Assembly: GCA_027004715.1 (NCBI GenBank)
Contig: JALTHG010000065.1
Span: 1-58,857 of the forward strand
Direction: 5' to 3'
DNA length: 58,857 bases
Origin: Deltaproteobacteria bacterium
GTDB lineage: Bacteria; Desulfobacterota; Dissulfuribacteria; Dissulfuribacterales; UBA3076
The notes beneath the pieces are model-generated. The model was not told the origin of the DNA. It saw only the letters and a list, made by a program, of their open reading frames with translations, and did not search any database. Below, piece by piece: positions 51,357-58,857 of the stretch; the first letter of the stretch is position 1; each line of letters begins with the position of its first letter. A program made the position numbers and the translations under genes.

Positions 51357-51611
51357 ATGAGAGATCAGATATTGGATAGATTAGAGAGATACAGACTATA
51401 CATAGATTCCAGGGCCGTGTGTGTTCTGCGCTCTATCCTGGAGGGATATGACAATATCTTTGTAGTCACTACGATTGATAGACGTGTTGGCCTGGTAGAG
51501 ATACAGGCAACGAGTGGATCCATAGAGGACCTCTCACTGATCCTTGGGTCATTAAAGACAGAAATAGGTCTCAGATCTACCCTTGAATTGGATAAATATG
51601 CATCACATTAG
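51357..51611 (+). CDS. Small conserved protein, probably DUF4911
   Basis: 84 aa. The pattern YRLYIDSRAVCVLRSILEGYDNIFVVTTIDRRVGLVEI matches my memory of DUF4911. It overlaps the miaB ATG by 14 nt. Confidence 0.5.
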   Translation: MRDQILDRLERYRLYIDSRAVCVLRSILEGYDNIFVVTTIDRRVGLVEIQATSGSIEDLSLILGSLKTEIGLRSTLELDKYASH

Positions 51612-52953
51612 TCAGGATACAGACCACAAGAGGCTCTATCTGCGCACCTTTGGCTGTCAGATGAACGAATACGACTCTCAGAGGATGGCACAGGTCCTCC
51701 AGAGTGAATATAGCCTGACTCTATGCCCTGAAGAGGCAGACCTGATCCTCATAAATACCTGCTCTATCAGGGAGAAGGCCGAGAATAAGGTCTATAGCCT
51801 GGTCGGCCGTATAAAGAAATTCAAAGAACAGAGGCCAGATCTGGTCATCGGTATAGGGGGATGCGTGGCCCAACAGGAGGGCAAGAGGCTCTTGAGGCGC
51901 ATGCCATATGTCGATCTGGTCTTTGGGCCTCAGGCCATCTATAGGCTGCCCTCTATGCTTAGAGAGATAAAAATGGGCAAGAGGCCTATCCTGTCTATTG
52001 AGACCAGAGACGACTTTCATATACCATTGATTACCTCTCCCCTGCCTGAACCCAATCCGGTCCGGACCTTTGTGACCATTATGCAGGGATGCGACAATTA
52101 CTGCACCTACTGTATAGTCCCATATGTCCGTGGCCGTGAGGTCAGCCGTCCACCTGGAGACATCCTGGCAGAGATAAGGGCAGTGATTAGACAGGGGGTG
52201 AAAGAGGTCACCCTCTTGGGACAGAATGTCAATTCCTATGGCAAAAAACTGGGTGCCTGTCCCAGTTTTTCAGGCCTCCTCCGCATGGTGGCCCAGGTCC
52301 CAGGGCTGAGACGTCTGAGGTTTACCACCAGCCATCCCAGAGACCTCTCCAGGGACGTCATGGAGTGTTTCCGCGACCTAGACAACCTATGCGAACACCT
52401 GCATCTACCTGTACAGTCTGGATCTACCAGGATACTCAGACGCATGAACCGCCACTATACCAGAGATCAATATCTAAAAAAGATAGAGGAGCTCAAGTCC
52501 ATATGCCCAGATATCTGTCTCACTACTGACCTGATCGTGGGCTTTCCTGGAGAGACAGATGCAGACTTTGAGGAGACCCTCTCCCTGTTAAGGTCTGTAG
52601 AGTTCGACCAGATCTTTGCCTTTAAGTATTCGCCCAGGCCATTTACTGTGGCAGCCACCTGGTCAGACGAATATGTCCCAGAAGGTCTGAAGGCAGAGAG
52701 ACTCACCAGGGTCCTGGAACTCCAGAGAGAGATCGGCCTCAGGCGCTACAAGGCAATGGAGAATCAGGTAAAAGAGGTCCTGGTAGAGGGCCCCAGCAAA
52801 AAGAATGCAGAAGAACTGATGGGCAGGACCAGAGGCAATCACATAGTAAACTTTTTGGCCCCAAGGGACCTCATTGGGAAATTTGTCGATGTAAAAATAT
52901 CCAAGGCGTGTTATCATTCATTGAGAGGAGAGCTCTCCTCTCCTGTTAGCTAG
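51598..52953 (+). CDS. miaB: tRNA-i6A37 methylthiotransferase MiaB (radical SAM)
   Basis: TFGCQMNEYDS, NTCSIREKAE, radical-SAM cluster motif CDNYCTYC and a C-terminal TRAM domain. ATG 51598 is preferred over the TTG track start at 51583. Confidence 0.95.
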   Translation: MHHISQDTDHKRLYLRTFGCQMNEYDSQRMAQVLQSEYSLTLCPEEADLILINTCSIREKAENKVYSLVGRIKKFKEQRPDLVIGIGGCVAQQEGKRLLRRMPYVDLVFGPQAIYRLPSMLREIKMGKRPILSIETRDDFHIPLITSPLPEPNPVRTFVTIMQGCDNYCTYCIVPYVRGREVSRPPGDILAEIRAVIRQGVKEVTLLGQNVNSYGKKLGACPSFSGLLRMVAQVPGLRRLRFTTSHPRDLSRDVMECFRDLDNLCEHLHLPVQSGSTRILRRMNRHYTRDQYLKKIEELKSICPDICLTTDLIVGFPGETDADFEETLSLLRSVEFDQIFAFKYSPRPFTVAATWSDEYVPEGLKAERLTRVLELQREIGLRRYKAMENQVKEVLVEGPSKKNAEELMGRTRGNHIVNFLAPRDLIGKFVDVKISKACYHSLRGELSSPVS

Positions 52954-52993
52954 ACATTTGCAGGGAATAAACTATTGTAATCTTGGAGAAGTC

Positions 52994-53494
52994 ATGGCAA
53001 GCGTTTCTATGTATGTACATGCAATAACTCTGGATGTGGAGTCCAACTCCCCGATACTCATACTGAAAGAGGTAGGAGGAGATAGGACCTTGCCTATCTG
53101 GATTGGCCTGCTTGAGGCCACGGCCATCGCCACAGAGATGGAAAAGATCCAGTTTGCAAGGCCTATGACACATGACCTCTTAGTAAATCTACTGAGGGTG
53201 ATGGGCATAGAGATTCCCAAGATAGAGGTATCTGATCTCAAAGACAATACCTACTATGCACTCATAACCCTCAAGCAGGGAGACAGGATAACCAATGTAG
53301 ATGCAAGACCCAGCGATGCAGTAGCCATTGCCCTGAGGGCCAATGCCCAGATCTTTGTCAATGACTCTGTGCTCAGAAAGACCCAACCTCCAAAACAGGA
53401 TGCAGTTATGGAGACAGAGTTGCCACAACAAAAGGACAAGTGGACAAAGATCTTAGAGGAACTGGATCCCAAGACATTTAAATACAAGATGTAG
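52994..53494 (+). CDS. Bifunctional nuclease family protein (BFN/DUF151)
   Basis: MASVSMYVHAITLDVESNSPILILKEVGGDRTLPIWIG..EA.AIA......ARPMTHDLL and ARPSDAVAIALR. GGAGA precedes the ATG at 52994. Confidence 0.8.
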   Translation: MASVSMYVHAITLDVESNSPILILKEVGGDRTLPIWIGLLEATAIATEMEKIQFARPMTHDLLVNLLRVMGIEIPKIEVSDLKDNTYYALITLKQGDRITNVDARPSDAVAIALRANAQIFVNDSVLRKTQPPKQDAVMETELPQQKDKWTKILEELDPKTFKYKM

Positions 53495-53503
53495 GGGGCA
53501 GGG

Positions 53504-54157
53504 GTGTTGATGTTTGACCTTCACTGCCACAGCCTCTTCAGCGACGGAGGGCTTTTGCCCTCTGAACTGGTAAGGAGGGTAGAGGTCTTGGGCTATAGAG
53601 TAATAGCCATTACAGATCACATAGATTCTTCCAATTTCGAGTATATAGTCCCACACCTGATCAGGGTGGCAGATGACATCAATCGCTATAGCCACACCAG
53701 GCTTATACCTGGCGTAGAGATCACACATGTCCATCCCAAATTGATTGCCTCTTTGACACAACAGGTCAGAGACCTGGGTGCCAGGGTCGTGGTCTGCCAT
53801 GGAGAGACCATTGTGGAACCGGTATGTCCAGGGACCAATCAGGCCGCCATTGAGGCCGGTGTTGACATACTGGCCCATCCAGGTCTGATCTCTGAAAGAG
53901 ATGTAGACCTGGCGGCGCAGAGGGGCACCTTTCTTGAGATCTCTGGGAGAAAGGGACACTGCCTTACAAATGGACATGTGGCAAGGCTTGCCAGGGAATC
54001 TGGGGCAAGGCTCATCATCAATTCAGATGCCCATGCCCCTGAAGACTTCATGAGTGCAGAGATGGCAAGACAGGTAGGCCTTGGTGCAGGCCTTACACCA
54101 GAAGAGGTAGAGGCAATCTACGAAGAGGCCTGGACATGGGTAGGTCCTTTGATCTAA
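53504..54157 (+). CDS. PHP-domain phosphoesterase (histidinol-phosphatase-like / YcdX-like)
   Basis: 217 aa with DLHCHSLFSDG, ITDH, GVEITH, CHGE, LAHP and NSDAH metal-ligand pattern. Confidence 0.7.
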   Translation: MLMFDLHCHSLFSDGGLLPSELVRRVEVLGYRVIAITDHIDSSNFEYIVPHLIRVADDINRYSHTRLIPGVEITHVHPKLIASLTQQVRDLGARVVVCHGETIVEPVCPGTNQAAIEAGVDILAHPGLISERDVDLAAQRGTFLEISGRKGHCLTNGHVARLARESGARLIINSDAHAPEDFMSAEMARQVGLGAGLTPEEVEAIYEEAWTWVGPLI

Positions 54158-54169
54158 AGGGGTGAGACC

Positions 54170-54724
54170 ATGCACTTACACTTTAACTGGCTCGATCTCC
54201 TTTTAGGTGGAGTGCTTGTCCTTACTGTTGTACATAGTCTCTGGATGGGATTTAGCAGGTCAGTTTCCAGCCTCCTGGGAATAATATTTGGGTTTTGGGC
54301 AGGCATTAACTGGTTTCCATCCCTATCAGCCAGGCTTGTACCGTGGATACAGAATGGACTCTGGTCTTCAGTTATTGCCTTTATACTCCTGTTTCTCGTT
54401 GTGTATCTTGCCTTTCTGATTGCTGGAATCCTGGTTCAGGGATTCTTCAGGGTCATCAAGTTGTCTTGGGTAGACAGGTCTCTGGGTGCTGTCCTGGGGC
54501 TTGTCAAGGGCCTGGTCATGGCAGGTGCCATTGTGTTCTTATTGACTATCTTTTTGCCGCAGGACAGCCCTGTCTTAAGGAAATCGGCCCTCTATCCAGA
54601 ATTGAGCCGAGTGGCCCAGGTAATGGGATTAATGGTGCCTGTCCGGATTAAGGGTCGCTTTATGTGGAAGTGGAGGAGGATCTATATAGGCCATGGCAAG
54701 AGGCACCATGGCACCTCTATCTAA
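54170..54724 (+). CDS. cvpA: CvpA (colicin V production) family membrane protein
   Basis: 184 aa with four TM helices, an N-terminal NWLDLLLGGVLVLTVVHSLWMGF pattern and DRSLGAVLGLVKG. Confidence 0.8.
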   Translation: MHLHFNWLDLLLGGVLVLTVVHSLWMGFSRSVSSLLGIIFGFWAGINWFPSLSARLVPWIQNGLWSSVIAFILLFLVVYLAFLIAGILVQGFFRVIKLSWVDRSLGAVLGLVKGLVMAGAIVFLLTIFLPQDSPVLRKSALYPELSRVAQVMGLMVPVRIKGRFMWKWRRIYIGHGKRHHGTSI

Positions 54725-54732
54725 ATTTCTAA

Positions 54733-54791
54733 GTGGTCTCCCTCACCCAAACCCTCTCCCCCAGGGAAGAGGGCAGGGTGAGGGGGACCAC
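54733..54791. repeat. GC-rich imperfect palindrome (REP/REPIN-like unit), copy 2, inverted relative to copy 1; probable bidirectional terminator between cvpA and guaB
   Basis: gtggtctccctcaccc-aaa-ccctct...agaggg-cag-ggtgagggggaccac. The core cctcacccaaaccctctccc..agagggcagggtgagg is the reverse complement of 21673-21714 with a few mismatches. Confidence 0.7.
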
Positions 54792-54819
54792 TTTCAGCTT
54801 TCAGCTTCTTACTTTCAGC
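54792..54819. repeat. Degenerate 7-nt tandem repeat (TTTCAGC)
   Basis: tttcagc tttcagc ttcttac tttcagc sits immediately 3' of the palindrome, in the guaB 3' flank. Confidence 0.6.
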
Positions 54820-54838
54820 TATTTTCACGCTAACCAGC

Positions 54839-57257
<2,419 letters not shown>

Positions 57258-57270
57258 AAGGAGGCCCTTA

Positions 57271-58635
57271 TTGTCCGAAAGAGGTCTATATAGGAATGAT
57301 GTTGGATACTATACATCTTCTAAAGTTGGATTCAACAGGTCTCTATCCATGAAATACAAGATTTTGATAGTTGAAGACAACCGAAAGCTGGCAGGACTCT
57401 TTCAGGAGGCCCTGGGCAATCAGTTTGAGACCTGTATAGCCTCTAGTCTAAGACAGGCCCGTTCTTGTCTCAATGGCATTCAAGGTATACTATTGGACCT
57501 CCAGCTTCCTGATGGTGAGGGACTGGACCTCATCGGCCCGGCGCATGAGGCAAATCCCTTATGTGTGGTAATCGTGGTCACGGCCTATGGCAGCATCCAA
57601 GAGGCGGTTAAGGCATTAAAACTTGGGGCTGCAGACTTCCTGGAAAAGCCTGTGGACCTTGAGGCCCTGACTCAACGCTTCCGGGATCTACTTCCTGTAC
57701 AGAGACAAGAAGAACTGGTGTATAAATCAGCCAGGATGCTTGAAATACTGCAGGAGGCGGACCGTGTGGCCCCTACGCCCTTCCCTGTCCTCATTACAGG
57801 GGAGACAGGGACTGGGAAGGAAGTACTCGCCCGCTACATACATCAACATAGTGGTCGAAAGGGCTTCATCGGGCTCAATTGTGCCAGTATGCCCCGGGAA
57901 CTGGCCGATTCGATGCTCTTTGGCCACCTGAGGGGGAGCTTTACAGGGGCAGCAGAGGCCCGAAGAGGTCTCCTCTCTGCGGCTGATGGGGGTACTCTCT
58001 TCCTGGACGAGGTGGGAGACCTGCCGATCTCTGTCCAACCAAAACTCTTGAGGTTTCTGGATTCAGGGTGCTACCTCCAGTTGGGTGATGTCCAGGAGTC
58101 CAGGAGTGATGTCAGGATTATTGCAGCCACCAACAGGGACCTGCAAAAGGCAATGGAGAGGGAGTCCTTCAGGGAGGATCTCTATTTCCGTCTCTCTAGC
58201 TTCCCACTTCACATCCCACCTCTCAGGGAGAGGAGAGAGGACATCATGCCCCTTGTGAGGTTTCACCTCGAGAAGAGCAGGGCCTTATTGGGCCGAGAGG
58301 TCTGTCTGTCAGACAGGGCAAGGGAGCTCCTTTTGGGATATTCATTCCCTGGCAATGTAAGAGAGCTCTTCAATATCCTGGATCGTGCTGCACTCCTGAC
58401 AGGCGGGAATATCACCAGCAGCTCAATCAGACCCCTTTTAGATGTCCCTTCTGGAGAGAGTGCCCTTCATGGAAATTTCTGGATCAAAAGCAGGATGCAT
58501 ACCCTGGAAAAGGAGAGAGAGCTCATAAGTGCAGCCCTGGCAGAGACAGGAGGGAATAAGGCCGCTGCAGCCCGCAATCTCAAGATAAGCTACAAGACCC
58601 TCCTCAACAAGATGAAAAAATTAGGTATGATGTAA
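57271..58635 (+). CDS. Sigma-54-dependent response regulator (NtrC family: REC-AAA+-Fis HTH)
   Basis: REC (ILIVEDN, LLDLQLPDGEG), Walker A GETGTGKE, GSFTGA (a GAFTGA variant), Walker B LFLDEVGD, and C-terminal HTH AAAARNLKISYKTLLNKMKKLG. The likely start is ATG 57349 (MKYKILIVEDN). Confidence 0.9.
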   Translation: MSERGLYRNDVGYYTSSKVGFNRSLSMKYKILIVEDNRKLAGLFQEALGNQFETCIASSLRQARSCLNGIQGILLDLQLPDGEGLDLIGPAHEANPLCVVIVVTAYGSIQEAVKALKLGAADFLEKPVDLEALTQRFRDLLPVQRQEELVYKSARMLEILQEADRVAPTPFPVLITGETGTGKEVLARYIHQHSGRKGFIGLNCASMPRELADSMLFGHLRGSFTGAAEARRGLLSAADGGTLFLDEVGDLPISVQPKLLRFLDSGCYLQLGDVQESRSDVRIIAATNRDLQKAMERESFREDLYFRLSSFPLHIPPLRERREDIMPLVRFHLEKSRALLGREVCLSDRARELLLGYSFPGNVRELFNILDRAALLTGGNITSSSIRPLLDVPSGESALHGNFWIKSRMHTLEKERELISAALAETGGNKAAAARNLKISYKTLLNKMKKLGMM

Positions 58636-58806
58636 GCCCTTACACTCCCCTGGCCAGCGGTGCCTTTTTGGGTTCAGGTCTACGTTTGATCCTCAGTCTT
58701 CCTATACCAAGAAGCCTGTTATCTTTTCATTAGTCTCATCTTATGCTTTTTCAATTTCATCAAGGAATTCTCTTGCTTTTCTTACTTTAGTTCAAGTTTC
58801 GGACTT

Positions 58807-58857
58807 GTAACTTCTCAATAAGTTGGGGCTCCCATTTTGGTGGGGGACTGTCGTCTT
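58807..58857. mobile_element. Second copy of the TIR element left end, truncated by the window edge
   Basis: gtaacttctcaataagttggggcTCccattttggt matches 21596-21630 at 33 of 35 positions. After that it diverges with indels (…ACTG.TC… is still alignable). Confidence 0.6.

Noticed and set aside
58651-58664. TGGCCAGCGGTGCC after the sigma-54 activator gene, considered as a -24/-12 promoter or a terminator.
   Set aside because: The GG to GC spacing is 8 rather than 10 nt. The sequence is also not self-complementary enough to form a terminator stem.
58680-58691. 12-nt identity (ctacgtttgatc) with 493-504 inside engB.
   Set aside because: Exact 12-mers are expected many times by chance in a 59-kb window counted on both strands. 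There is no extended similarity or open frame around the second copy.

Overview
This window is a compact bacterial chromosomal segment of about 58.9 kb. Gene content and order (ispE-tRNAGln-prs-ctc-pth, DUF1844, DUF4911-miaB, GH57) suggest a Desulfobacterota- or Nitrospirota-type organism, but that is inference only. I can support about 58 protein genes and 2 tRNAs.

Almost all genes are recognisable housekeeping functions:
- Histidine and nucleotide metabolism: hisG, hisI, prs, guaB, thyX, nadB, mazG.
- Translation and tRNA modification: engB, tgt, mnmG, rsmB, miaB, pth, rplY.
- Transcription: rpoD, rpoZ, greA, dksA.
- Chaperones: groES, groEL, dnaJ.
- DNA maintenance: smc, recJ, xseA.
- Envelope: mpl, pgpA, two M23 peptidases, and a WecA-like fusion protein followed by an SDR and a TPR protein.
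- Glycogen-type genes: GH57 plus a GalT-like gene.
- Signalling: a CheY-like regulator, a REC-GGDEF protein, and a sigma-54 enhancer-binding protein.

engB (1..598, minus strand) is missing from the ORF track; I recovered it by manual translation. I see no transposase, integrase, phage, CRISPR, toxin-antitoxin or recognisable defence genes, and I found no convincing novel multi-gene system.

The signals the gene list does not explain are non-coding:
1. A 155-bp MITE-, Correia- or ERIC-like element with perfect 18-bp terminal inverted repeats sits in the unusually long greA-rpoD spacer. A decayed mini-copy lies beside it, and a second copy starts at the very end of the window.
2. A GC-rich REP/REPIN-like palindrome occurs in both orientations, once inside that element and once as a convergent-gene terminator between cvpA and guaB.

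Secondary curiosities are:
- a tightly coupled rpoZ-dnaJ-moaC-dksA-GH57-galT string;
- a ThyX with an insertion of roughly 100 aa;
- a GT4-Rossmann fusion protein;
- a perfect 21-bp (one heptad) tandem duplication inside smc;
- an orphan ATP-grasp gene;
- several real or apparent gene overlaps.

All protein calls rest on motif recognition by eye, not on database searches.
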